From assembly GCA_947478395.1 (NCBI GenBank), contig CANJVR010000004.1:192001-256000 (forward strand): 64,000 nucleotides of DNA. Reading direction: 5' to 3'. Origin of the DNA: Opitutia bacterium. Its GTDB lineage: Bacteria; Verrucomicrobiota; Verrucomicrobiia; Opitutales; Opitutaceae. The notes under the pieces were generated by a model. It ran no database searches. It saw only the letters and a list, made by a program, of their open reading frames with translations, and was not told the origin of the DNA. Positions 1-8,967 of the stretch are shown here, piece by piece; the first letter of the stretch is position 1, and each line of letters starts with the position of its first letter. A program made the position numbers and the translations under genes.

Positions 1-1206
1 GCTCATGTTCAACGCGAAGACCAACATCACGGCGGCGAGGCCGAAGACGAAGACGGGCGACTGCAGTTGAAATCCCCAGCCAAGCTGGTCGCCGCCGGCC
101 CGCAGGACAGCGAGGACGGTGGCGAGGGTCCAGAACGAGAGTAACACGCCGAGGGCGAACACGAGGCCGTGCGCGACGACCTTGCTCCGCTCGTGGCCGG
201 ACTGGTTGACGAAGCCCAAAATCTTGATGCCGATGACGGGAAAAACGCAGGGCATCAGATTCAGGATGAGGCCACCGACCAGCGCCAGCAGTAGCGTCGC
301 TCCGAGCGAGGCGGGCGCGGCGGCGATGCCGCCGCTCGCTGGTTTTGAGTTGGCCGAGGCGGAGGCGATGGTCGAACCGAGGACGGCCTCGATGCGCAAG
401 CCGCGGAGCAAATTGTTGGGCAACCAGCCGGTTTCGCTCGTAAGTACGCCGAGAAGTTTAGGCGCGTCTTTGGGCCCGTCGGGAGAAATTGGCAGCGTGA
501 GCGTGAAACCGCCGGAACCGTCCGGGGAAGTTTTTTGCGGGAGCTCGTAGGCCACGAGACTGTCGTCGGAGAAAAAATGCAGATCGCTCGGCACGTGCGC
601 GCCGGGCGCTGCGGGCCGGATGGTGAGGGTAACATTTTTCGCGTCACGCGTGGCGGAGGTGGTCCATGCGGCGTCGGCGCGCGGCAGCCCGGCGATCAGC
701 GCGTTGAGCCGCGGGCCGAAGTTGGCGTCGGACGCGGCGTTGATGGCGACCGGGAGTGAAAGCCGGACTTTGGCGCTGCCGGGCATGCAGACCTCCTCGC
801 ACATGAGCCATTCGGCCGCGGCTTGCAGATCGATCTGGCTGCCGGGCGCGACATCGGCCGGTGGCGTGAGGATAACGGGAAGCAGGAGATCGCCCTCGTA
901 GCCATTACCGACGACGGAGCCGGTGCGGTCTTTTAGCACGTGGGGCGCGGGCCACTGAATCTCGCTGGCTTTCCAGCCGGGCGGGAGCGACCACTTGATT
1001 TCGGTGACCAGGCCGGTGCCGGGATTCAGCCAGTAGGTGTGCCAGTGGGCATCATGCTCCAGACGCAGGGCGACCGTGAGCGGTTTGCCGGGCTGGATGG
1101 CGGTATCGGCCGCGACCAGCGAAGCTTTCACGTGTTGCGCGTAAGCCGTGGGCAACAGAACGGTGAGCGCGAACGCGCTGAGGACAAACAAGCGGGAAAC
1201 GTTCAT
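1..1206 (-). CDS. dsbD: Protein-disulfide reductase DsbD family protein (5' part; runs off the window edge)
   Basis: Not in the ORF track because it is truncated. Manual translation from ATG at 1206: MNVSRLFVLSAFALTVLL..., HWHTYWLNPG, WLMCEEVCMPG (DsbD N-domain Cys pair), then TM segment GGLILNLMPCVFPVIGIKIL and LGWGFQLQSP. Confidence 0.9.
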   Translation of the reverse strand, partial: MNVSRLFVLSAFALTVLLPTAYAQHVKASLVAADTAIQPGKPLTVALRLEHDAHWHTYWLNPGTGLVTEIKWSLPPGWKASEIQWPAPHVLKDRTGSVVGNGYEGDLLLPVILTPPADVAPGSQIDLQAAAEWLMCEEVCMPGSAKVRLSLPVAINAASDANFGPRLNALIAGLPRADAAWTTSATRDAKNVTLTIRPAAPGAHVPSDLHFFSDDSLVAYELPQKTSPDGSGGFTLTLPISPDGPKDAPKLLGVLTSETGWLPNNLLRGLRIEAVLGSTIASASANSKPASGGIAAAPASLGATLLLALVGGLILNLMPCVFPVIGIKILGFVNQSGHERSKVVAHGLVFALGVLLSFWTLATVLAVLRAGGDQLGWGFQLQSPVFVFGLAAVMLVFALNMS

Positions 1207-1338
1207 GGCGGAGAGTTGATGGGTAAGAACGCTAGGTGCAAACGGACGGTTTCTTCCTGGCCGTAAATAAACTGTCTAGTGGCACAAGGTGAAATTAAGC
1301 GAGGGAAAGAAGGTAACGCGGTGGTGACGCGGCTTTGG

Positions 1339-1434
1339 GTAGGGCGGATTATTCTTAATCCGCCGCATTGGGAGTTGAGCATCGTATTACCGCGAACAGA
1401 GCAGAATCGGCGCGTTAGGGATAACGCGCCCTAC
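1339..1434. repeat. REP-like inverted pair, family A (GTAGGGCG..TTAT.CTAA..CGCCG)
   Basis: Arms at 1339-1365 and 1408-1434 (ending CCCTAC). The same arms recur at 20726-20814 and 51335-51423. Confidence 0.8.
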
Positions 1435-1487
1435 CTTGAGAGGGGTGCCCGAAAGGGCGGGGTGTGTCGGTTTATTCACGCGTTGGA

Positions 1488-2432
1488 TTAATTTCCGAAG
1501 AGCTTCGTTGAATAGTACCGCTCGGCGCGGTCGCACAGAATGGTGACCACGCGACTGGCCGGCCCCATCGTGACCGCGGTCCGCAGGGCGGCGATGACAT
1601 TGGCGCCACTCGATGTCCCGACCAACAATCCGAACTCGCGGCTGAGACGGCGCGTCATCGCGATCGCATCGGCGCTGGAGACTTTGATGGCGCCGTCGAG
1701 TTTCGCCTGTCGGAGGAGGGGCGGCACATAGCCGCCGGCGACGCCCTCGATGGAATGGCAGCACGGCATCTCGCCGGAAAGCATCGCGGCTTCCGCGGGC
1801 TCCATCGCGAAAACGCGCACGTTCGGCAGCGCAGCACGCAAAGCCCGGCCGCAGCCGGTGAGCGTGCCGCCGGTGCCGTAACCCGCGACGAACGCGTCCA
1901 CGCGACCTTCCATTTGCGCGAGGATTTCCCGTCCGGTGTGTTGCTCGTGGTCGAGCGCGTTAAGCGGATTTTCGAACTGGTTTGGTAAGAAATAGCGCGC
2001 ATCTTCGGCGGCCATTTTCCGGCTCAGGTCGATGCCGGTCGCGTAGCCATTGGCCGCCGCGAACAGTTGCACCTCGGCGCCGAGTTGGCGCAACAGATGA
2101 CGTCGCTCCACGCTCGCGCCCTCGCTCATCAGGATGTGGACCCGATACCTCTTCGCGGCGCCGACCATGGCCAGCGCGATGCCGGTGTTGCCGCTCGTGC
2201 ATTCGAGAATGACCGAGTCCGGACGCAGTAAATTTCGTTGTTCGGCGTCCTCGATAATCGTGAGCGCGAGCCGATCCTTGATCGAGCCGGAGGGATTCAG
2301 AAATTCGGCCTTGGCGTAGATGGTGACGCCTTCTTGCGCAAACGTCAGGGGTATGAGCGCGGTGTCACCGATGAGTGCAAGCACGGGCGCGCGAGTGGGC
2401 GGTGAAGGCTGGGCCGATGACATCGCCGGCAT
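1488..2432 (-). CDS. PLP-dependent cysteine synthase family protein (CysK/CysM/cystathionine beta-synthase-like); alternative start 2423
   Basis: KAEFLNPSGSIKDR (PLP lysine), TSGNTG, NQFENP, GYGTGGT, VGTSSGA, ILCDRAERYYS. Confidence 0.9.
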   Translation of the reverse strand: MPAMSSAQPSPPTRAPVLALIGDTALIPLTFAQEGVTIYAKAEFLNPSGSIKDRLALTIIEDAEQRNLLRPDSVILECTSGNTGIALAMVGAAKRYRVHILMSEGASVERRHLLRQLGAEVQLFAAANGYATGIDLSRKMAAEDARYFLPNQFENPLNALDHEQHTGREILAQMEGRVDAFVAGYGTGGTLTGCGRALRAALPNVRVFAMEPAEAAMLSGEMPCCHSIEGVAGGYVPPLLRQAKLDGAIKVSSADAIAMTRRLSREFGLLVGTSSGANVIAALRTAVTMGPASRVVTILCDRAERYYSTKLFGN

Positions 2433-2455
2433 GTTTGGGCAACGCGTCGCGGATG

Positions 2456-2476
2456 CAACACGACTAAGGTTAGGTT
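2456..2476 (-). promoter_or_regulatory. Putative LuxR-family operator upstream of the cysteine synthase gene
   Basis: Minus strand reads AACCTAACCTTAGTCGTGTTG, 18/21 identical to the box at 3733-3753. Confidence 0.6.
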
Positions 2477-2514
2477 CTGTTCATGTGGGCACCCTGCCAA
2501 CATTTCGTGCCGGT

Positions 2515-3684
2515 TTACCGCAGCACGACCATCAGTTTCGACCGGCTGGTCACGCCGAGTTTTCGAAAAATTCCGCTGAGCTGAACTTTAACGCTGCCTT
2601 CGCTGCGGCTGAGCTTCGCCGCGATTTCCTTGTTGCTGAGCCCGGTGCAAACCAAGTCCGCGAGCGCGCGTTCGGTCGGAGTGAGTTGTCCGCGCAACCG
2701 CTCGGGCGCCGCCTCCGAGCCACCGGCGCCCAAAAGCGCCGCTTCCGGGCTGTGCAGGTGGAGCACGAAAATGGGCTTGGTCAGGGCGCCCGCACTTTCC
2801 CGGCGCAAGGTGATCGCCGCGCGATAGAGTCCGGATGAAACCTCGGTGCCGAGCGGAGCGGGCTCATGCGGCGACTGCGCTTGGTTTTGCCATTCCGGTT
2901 TGAGCGCATGGCAGGCGGCGGCAATTTCCGGCGGGATCTTAAAGACCGCTTGGGGCGTGAACGCCCGCGCCCGTTCGGGTCCGAAATTCCACGCGGCGCA
3001 CAACACGAGCGCTTCCTGGCTCGCGAAAACGGCGTCGAGATTCCAGTCGAGGAACACCACTGCTTCCGGTTTGGCGCGGTAGAAATTTTCCAGCAGACGC
3101 CGCCGGCGCCGCTCGCCTTCGAAGACGCGCACGCGTTCGAACGCCACCGCGATGTGCGGATGCAGCGAGCGCAGCGTTTCCATTTCCTCGACCGTGAAAT
3201 CACCTTGGTCCCCGCGCCGGCGGAGCGCAAAAGAGGTTTCGACTTGTTCGCCCCGCCAGAAAAGGAGATGCGCCGAGTACCGCCACCCGAGTGGAGTCAT
3301 GTACTTCTTATAATAGGGCGTGCGCGGAATCTTTTTCTCGTCCGGCATGACATCGGTGTGCCGGTAGCAGGGAATACCGCGATGGCGCTCGAGAAAAGGG
3401 CCGAAAAACTGGCGGCCCTCCACGGCAACGATGCGGGCTGTGTCCTCATCGTCGACGACGCGCGATTTTGCCGACGTGAGCCGGCGCGTCGTCGATTCGC
3501 TCCGCCAGTCGAGGTAATTGACGGACATCACGAGGGTGTCGTGCGGCACCAGCGTTTCGAGTAGCCGTTGCAGCGCCACCCACAGCTCGGCGAAATCAAC
3601 CGCGCGGTGCAGCCCGAGCAGGACGCGCTGCCCGCGCGAAGAGTGAAGCGCAGCGGCGGACGTGGTTTGCAGAGTCGCGGACAT
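2515..3684 (-). CDS. LuxR-family transcriptional regulator with N-terminal GAF/PAS-like sensor region
   Basis: C-terminal LTPTERALADLVCTGLSNKEIAAKLSRSEGSVKVQLSGIFRKLGV (LuxR HTH). GAF-like segment ...FALRRRGDQGDFTVEEMETLRSLHPHI. Confidence 0.85.
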   Translation of the reverse strand: MSATLQTTSAAALHSSRGQRVLLGLHRAVDFAELWVALQRLLETLVPHDTLVMSVNYLDWRSESTTRRLTSAKSRVVDDEDTARIVAVEGRQFFGPFLERHRGIPCYRHTDVMPDEKKIPRTPYYKKYMTPLGWRYSAHLLFWRGEQVETSFALRRRGDQGDFTVEEMETLRSLHPHIAVAFERVRVFEGERRRRRLLENFYRAKPEAVVFLDWNLDAVFASQEALVLCAAWNFGPERARAFTPQAVFKIPPEIAAACHALKPEWQNQAQSPHEPAPLGTEVSSGLYRAAITLRRESAGALTKPIFVLHLHSPEAALLGAGGSEAAPERLRGQLTPTERALADLVCTGLSNKEIAAKLSRSEGSVKVQLSGIFRKLGVTSRSKLMVVLR

Positions 3685-3732
3685 GGAACAAGAGACGTGG
3701 GCGCAGCCAAAGCCCGAATCACGGCAGTGCCA

Positions 3733-3753
3733 AACCTAACCTTTGTCAGGTTG
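3733..3753 (+). promoter_or_regulatory. Putative LuxR-family operator upstream of the TonB-dependent receptor
   Basis: AACCTAAC-CTTT-GTCAGGTT is an imperfect 8-4-8 inverted repeat; a second copy lies at 2456-2476. Confidence 0.6.
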
Positions 3754-3786
3754 AGCGCGCACTGGACGTGCTCACGTTGGTGCACC

Positions 3787-6558
3787 ATGACGCTACACCG
3801 ACTCTGGATCTTTGCCGTGTTGTTACTCACGCCGCTGGCGCTAATCGCGCAAACCGCCCCCACGGCGCCTGCCGCGACCGCCAAGCCGGTTGTTACCCCG
3901 CGGGCCGACGACAGCGTTAAGCTTGAAGGCGTCGAAGTCACCGGCTCACGTATCCGCCTCAATGCTGGCGAGGCACCTGCGGTCCCGGTCTTCGCGCTTT
4001 CGCAGATCGAACTCGAGCAGCTTGGCGTCAATCGCCTGGCCGACATCCGTCAGGCGATCCCGCAGCTCGCGCCGGCCGTCGGCTTCAACGACAATCTCAG
4101 CAACGGCGGCTCGTCGCGCGGCCAGCAGGTCAGCACGTCGTTCAATCTCCGCGGGCTCGGCGGCAACTCCACCCTGATGCTGATCGACGGCCATCGCGTG
4201 CCGCACTCCGGCCAGGAGGCGCCGGGCGGCGCGGGCGGTCGCGAGGACTTTAACGTCGACGGAATTCCCGTCTCCGCGATCGAACGCGTCGAGGTGCTCA
4301 CGCAGGGCGCGAGCGCGGTCTACGGTTCCGAGGCGATCGGTGGCGTGATCAACATCATCCTTAAGAAAAACTATTCGGGCGCCGAGCTTTCGGTGAATTA
4401 CGACAACGCGTTCAAGTCGGACGTCGGCGACACGTCGATCAGTCTCACCGCCGGCTTCGCGCGCGGAAAACTAAAAACCTTTCTCACCGCCAACTGGGAG
4501 CACCAGAACGCGCTGATGTCACGCGACCGCTGGTTTACGGCCACCAACGACGTCACCCGCTACGGTGCCCCCGTCACCTCCAACGCGTTTTTCCTTCAGC
4601 AGCCTCCGGCAGGTGCCGGCCTGATCGCCAGCACCACCGGTCCGCAAAATGCCGGCCAAGCCAATCTCCCCGGCCAGACCTCGAATTTCGTGATTATCCC
4701 GACGGGATCGCGCGGCAACTCCGCGCTCGCCGACTACACGACCGGCGCTTATCCGACCCGCTTCGATCCCGCGCAATATTCCACGGCGATCGATCCGGCG
4801 CGTCGCCGGAGTTTCGTGTTCAAAGCTGACTACGCCGTCTCCGCCCTCGTGCAGCCCTATGCCGAGGCGCGCTGGAGTCGGTTCGAGAATTATTCCACGA
4901 GCACACCGGTGACCGTGCTCTCGCAATCGCTGCCCGCCGGTTACGCCGGCAACCCGTTTGGCCAAGCCGTGTTTCTCCGCAAAGTTTTCTACGACTTGCC
5001 GGCGCCGCAGACGAACTCCTTTCAGGAAAACAGCGGCCTCGTGCTCGGCGTGCGCGGCGATATCCCCGAAGGCGTGCTGCACCGCTGGCGCTACGATCTC
5101 AGCGCATCGATCGCTCGCAACACGATCTTCGACGATCAGATCGCGGCCGGCTTTACCTCCTCCCTGCTTACTGCCGCGATCAACAACGCCGATCCGGCGA
5201 AGCGGCCGCTGCTCGCCTACGACAGCACGAAGGGCGATCCGAACCCCGCGGGCCTGCTCGCAGCGCTGATGCCGACCTTCGATCACCGCGACGTGACCGA
5301 CACTTATCAGTATGCGTTCCAAGCTGACGGCACCGTCTGGACGGGCTGGGCGGGCGACATCAAGGGCGCGTTCGGCGGCGAAGCCGATGAGGAGAAAATT
5401 CGTTTCCACCGCGACGCCGGGGACTCCTCGCTGGCGTTCACCCTCACCAAGCCTTTCGCCCGCCGGACCACGGCGGCCTACACCGAGGTGAGCGTGCCAC
5501 TCCTCTCCGATCGTCAGCGCATTCCCGGCATTCACCGCATCGAAATCTCCGGTGCCATCCGCGCCGAACACTTCTCCGACATCGGCGGCCATAACAGCCG
5601 TCAATACAGTGGAATTTACCAACCGCTGAAATGGATCACTCTGCGGACTTCGCGCGCCGAGGGTTTCAAGACGCCAAAACTCTACGACCTCCTCGCGCCC
5701 ATCTCTACGGGCACCTCGACGCTGACTACGACGAGCAACGTCCACGACACCCTGCGCGGTGGTGAACTTGTGCTCGGCGTCGTCAACAGCACCAGCGGCG
5801 GTCAGCCGCACCTCAAGCCCGAGACGTCGGTCTCGAAGACCGGCGGCATCGTGGTCGATGTGCCCGGCAAATGGTTCAAGGGCCTCTCATTCTCCGTCGA
5901 CACCTGGCAGACTTATTACACGAACAAGATCGGCGGCCCCGGCCGGCAGGTGCTGATCGATTTCTTTCCGGAGCGCGTGACTCGCGCCGCGAAGTCGGCC
6001 TCCGATCCGGCGAACTACGCCGGGCTCATCACCGGGTTCGACACGAGCAACATCAATCTCGCGAGCCAGAAAGCACGCGGGATCGACTACCAGCTCTCCT
6101 ACCAGCACCGCTTCGATTTCGGCCAGCTCTCGTCTTCGATCGCCTACACGAATCCGAACCTGATCGTCACGCAGTCCACGCCTGCGGCCGTGCCGACCTC
6201 CACCTTTGGCCAGCTCCCGTGGCGCACCAGCGGCTCGCTCTTTTGGTCGCGCAATGCCTGGAGCGCCGGCACCTCGATGAGTTACCAGGCCCGCTATTAC
6301 GTCAACGGCCTCACCAGCGCGTATTATCCGTCGCTCATTCTCTGGAATCCCCAAGTGGCCTACAACTTCGCCAAGAATCCCGACTTCGGGGCCAAGTCCG
6401 GCACGTGGTGGGCGCGCGCCTTGTCCGGCAGCAAACTCAGCGTGACGGTGCCGAACGTCTTCAATCACGAACCCACGATGACGGAAGTGGCCTTCGGCCG
6501 CGTGGTCGTCGATCCGCGCCTGCGTCGCTACATCTTGGCTTTCTCGAAAAAACTCTGA
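3787..6558 (+). CDS. TonB-dependent receptor
   Basis: Signal peptide from ATG 3787 (MTLHRLWIF...), TonB box VEVTGSRI, plug motifs NLRGLGGNSTLMLIDG and IERVEVLTQGASAVYGSEAIGGVINII, LKPETS. Confidence 0.92.
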   Translation: MTLHRLWIFAVLLLTPLALIAQTAPTAPAATAKPVVTPRADDSVKLEGVEVTGSRIRLNAGEAPAVPVFALSQIELEQLGVNRLADIRQAIPQLAPAVGFNDNLSNGGSSRGQQVSTSFNLRGLGGNSTLMLIDGHRVPHSGQEAPGGAGGREDFNVDGIPVSAIERVEVLTQGASAVYGSEAIGGVINIILKKNYSGAELSVNYDNAFKSDVGDTSISLTAGFARGKLKTFLTANWEHQNALMSRDRWFTATNDVTRYGAPVTSNAFFLQQPPAGAGLIASTTGPQNAGQANLPGQTSNFVIIPTGSRGNSALADYTTGAYPTRFDPAQYSTAIDPARRRSFVFKADYAVSALVQPYAEARWSRFENYSTSTPVTVLSQSLPAGYAGNPFGQAVFLRKVFYDLPAPQTNSFQENSGLVLGVRGDIPEGVLHRWRYDLSASIARNTIFDDQIAAGFTSSLLTAAINNADPAKRPLLAYDSTKGDPNPAGLLAALMPTFDHRDVTDTYQYAFQADGTVWTGWAGDIKGAFGGEADEEKIRFHRDAGDSSLAFTLTKPFARRTTAAYTEVSVPLLSDRQRIPGIHRIEISGAIRAEHFSDIGGHNSRQYSGIYQPLKWITLRTSRAEGFKTPKLYDLLAPISTGTSTLTTTSNVHDTLRGGELVLGVVNSTSGGQPHLKPETSVSKTGGIVVDVPGKWFKGLSFSVDTWQTYYTNKIGGPGRQVLIDFFPERVTRAAKSASDPANYAGLITGFDTSNINLASQKARGIDYQLSYQHRFDFGQLSSSIAYTNPNLIVTQSTPAAVPTSTFGQLPWRTSGSLFWSRNAWSAGTSMSYQARYYVNGLTSAYYPSLILWNPQVAYNFAKNPDFGAKSGTWWARALSGSKLSVTVPNVFNHEPTMTEVAFGRVVVDPRLRRYILAFSKKL

Positions 6559-6574
6559 GTTTGGTTGTGTTTAG

Positions 6575-6604
6575 GTAGGGGCGGTTCGGCGAGCCGTCCC
6601 TGCC
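6575..6604. repeat. Single GTAG-REP-like hairpin
   Basis: GTAGGGGCGGTTCGGCGAGCCGTCCCTGCC in the intergenic gap. Confidence 0.45.
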
Positions 6605-6616
6605 TTTCTTTTCCCC

Positions 6617-7837
6617 ATGAAAAAACTTTTCCTCCTCCTCGCACTTTCCTCTGCTTTGTTCCTCCGCGCGGCGGAGATGCCCGTGCCCGCCGGTACTACT
6701 CCGGTCGTCGCCAAATCCCCGGCCGACCTCGACTACGACGCCGTCTGGGCGCTTTACAAAGAGCAGCCGGCCAATCCCGATTTTCGCAAGGAACAGCCGC
6801 GGGCGGCCTACGAGTGGGAAAACACGAAGTTGAAAAACTTCGTGGCCGCGGCGCGCGCGTTCGCGGCGAAATACCCGAACGATCCAAAGCGTTACGAAGC
6901 TCTCGTACAGTCCAGTTATACGCGTCCGTGGTTTCTGGCGGGCTTCAAGCCGGAGTTCGATGCCACTCCTTCGTCGAAAAACCTGATCATCGATCAAGCC
7001 GCATTGAACGAGTTTCGCGCCACGCAGTTCAAGTATCTCGAGGAAGTAATACTCGCCGCCGACGCCTCAGAGCGCCAGCGGGGCGGAGCGATGTTCGCCT
7101 ATCTGATCGATCGGCGCTCCGATGCGGTCGACCGCGACGTGCCGTATTCCGTCACGACGCTCGAGCCATTGATGGATCGGGTCATCGCCAAATATGGCGA
7201 TGAACGCGCCCTCGTGGTCGTCGATCAATATGCGGCGGCGTTGAAGAAAGAAAAACCAGACGCGTTGCCCGCGTTTGAGGTGAAGCTGCAGAAAGTGCCG
7301 ACACTCGCCGCGGCAATCGTGGAAGCGGCGGCCAAGCGCGAAGCGGCCGCCGCCGACAAGGCGAAGCGGATCGCGACCCTCAACACCTTGAAATTCACGG
7401 CCGCCGATGGACGCGAAGTCGAGCTGGCGAAATTGAAGGGTAAAGTGGTGCTGATCGATTTTTGGGCGACCTGGTGCGGACCGTGCATTGCCGAGCTCCC
7501 CAACGTCGTCGCGAACTATAACAAATATCACGACAAGGGCTTTGAGGTCATCGGCATCACGCTCGAGAATCCGAACGCGAAACCCAATGACACGCCGGCG
7601 GAAACCGAAGAGAAGCTCGCCGTCGCGAAACAGAAGATGCTCGATTTCACCGCGAAAAACGGGATGCCATGGCCGCAGTATTTCGACGGCAAATGGTGGA
7701 AGAACGACTACGCGGTGAAGTTCGCCATCGAGGCGATCCCGGCGATGTTTCTCATCGATCAGCAGGGCAATATCGTTTCGACCGAAGCCCGCGGCCCGGT
7801 CCTCGAAGCGGAATTGAAGCGCCTGCTGAAACTGTGA
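6617..7837 (+). CDS. TlpA-family disulfide reductase (exported; helical N-domain plus redoxin)
   Basis: Signal peptide; KGKVVLIDFWATWCGPC; IEAIPAMFLID (cis-Pro loop). Confidence 0.92.
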   Translation: MKKLFLLLALSSALFLRAAEMPVPAGTTPVVAKSPADLDYDAVWALYKEQPANPDFRKEQPRAAYEWENTKLKNFVAAARAFAAKYPNDPKRYEALVQSSYTRPWFLAGFKPEFDATPSSKNLIIDQAALNEFRATQFKYLEEVILAADASERQRGGAMFAYLIDRRSDAVDRDVPYSVTTLEPLMDRVIAKYGDERALVVVDQYAAALKKEKPDALPAFEVKLQKVPTLAAAIVEAAAKREAAAADKAKRIATLNTLKFTAADGREVELAKLKGKVVLIDFWATWCGPCIAELPNVVANYNKYHDKGFEVIGITLENPNAKPNDTPAETEEKLAVAKQKMLDFTAKNGMPWPQYFDGKWWKNDYAVKFAIEAIPAMFLIDQQGNIVSTEARGPVLEAELKRLLKL

Positions 7838-8118
7838 AACGGCAGTTGGATCCGCGTCGACCAGGGTCCGCGCCGCCGGCGCCGGATTCGGCCGGTTGGG
7901 CGGACATATTTGCGTCGCATGATGAGATCATTTCGCCGCTCGCGAAATTGACGGCCGCGGAAACCGCGGTGTTGTTGCAGGTGCGGCGCGGCCTGACTAA
8001 TCGCGAAATCGCGAAGGCGTTGGGCGAATCTGAAAGTGCGGTGAAGCGCCGGTTGAGCGCCTGTCTCCGCAAACTCGGCGTGCCGACCCGCACCCGCCTG
8101 ATCGCGCTCCCGCACTAA
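7834..8118 (+). CDS. Small LuxR-type HTH-only protein
   Basis: GTG overlaps the upstream TGA (GTGA). LTAAETAVLLQVRRGLTNREIAKALGESESAVKRRLSACLRKLGV. Confidence 0.7.
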   Translation: MKRQLDPRRPGSAPPAPDSAGWADIFASHDEIISPLAKLTAAETAVLLQVRRGLTNREIAKALGESESAVKRRLSACLRKLGVPTRTRLIALPH

Positions 8119-8151
8119 AGCGGTTTAACCAACGGCGCAGCCGATAACGAC

Positions 8152-8221
8152 GTAGCGGCAGGCGTCCCTGCCTGCCGAAACGCGAGCGCCGAACTCGGCA
8201 GGCAGAGACGCCTGCCGCTAC
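8152..8221. repeat. REP-like inverted pair, family B (GTAGCGGCAGGCGTCCCTGCCTGCCG)
   Basis: 70-bp palindromic element; near-identical copy at 21529-21598. Confidence 0.85.
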
Positions 8222-8431
8222 CCAAAACGGCCATGGAAAGGCTTAAACCGCACTAAGCGAAGGTGGGCTGGGCCGCGCTCCTAACGGGGCACCGGGGCCG
8301 AAAGGCGAAAGCGCGTGCGACCTCGGGCGAACCGCGGCGGCGAATCCCCAAAGAAAAGATCGCGCATCGGATTTCCGCTCGACTAGGCGGGGCTGACCGG
8401 AGGAATTGGCGGCGCGCGCCGCGCGTTTCCC

Positions 8432-8959
8432 GTGGAATCCGATCCTGCCGAGACTAGCCGTTGGTTTGAAACCGAGGTGCAGCCGCACCGACCGGCGGTG
8501 CGCGCCTGGCTGCTCGCGCGGTTTCCCACGCTGCCTGACGTCGATGATTTGGTGCAAGACGCGTGCGTGCGCCTGCTGCGGGCGCGCGAGGCCGGGCCGA
8601 TCCGCTCGACGCGGGCGCTGCTTTACACCGCGGCCCGGAATCTCGCGCTCGATGCCGTGCGACGGCAAAAGGTCATTTCTTTCGAGTCGCTTACGGACAT
8701 CGACGATTCGTCCGTCTTAGCGGATAGCACCGATGTCATTGCCACTGTCAGCAAACAACAGGAGCTCGAACTCTTGACCCGCGCTATCCAGACGCTGCCC
8801 GAGCGTTGCCGGCAGATCTTCACGCTGCGCACCGCCTACGGCCTGACTCAAAAACAAATCGCGGTGCAACTCGGCGTGTCCGAGAGCACCGTCGAAAAAC
8901 AAATGGCGCAGGGCATCCGGGCTTGCGCCGCCTTTTTCGCCCGACCTTTCCCCAACTAA
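8432..8959 (+). CDS. ECF sigma factor (FecI-like)
   Basis: DVDDLVQDACVRLL (region 2), LYTAARNLALD, LPERCRQIFTLRTAYGLTQKQIAVQLGVSESTVEKQM (region 4). Confidence 0.93.
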   Translation: MESDPAETSRWFETEVQPHRPAVRAWLLARFPTLPDVDDLVQDACVRLLRAREAGPIRSTRALLYTAARNLALDAVRRQKVISFESLTDIDDSSVLADSTDVIATVSKQQELELLTRAIQTLPERCRQIFTLRTAYGLTQKQIAVQLGVSESTVEKQMAQGIRACAAFFARPFPN

Positions 8960-8967
8960 CCCCGCCC

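Noticed and set aside
119..1266. Short ORFs in the track at the window start
   Set aside because: The region is explained by the truncated minus-strand dsbD frame (1-1206).
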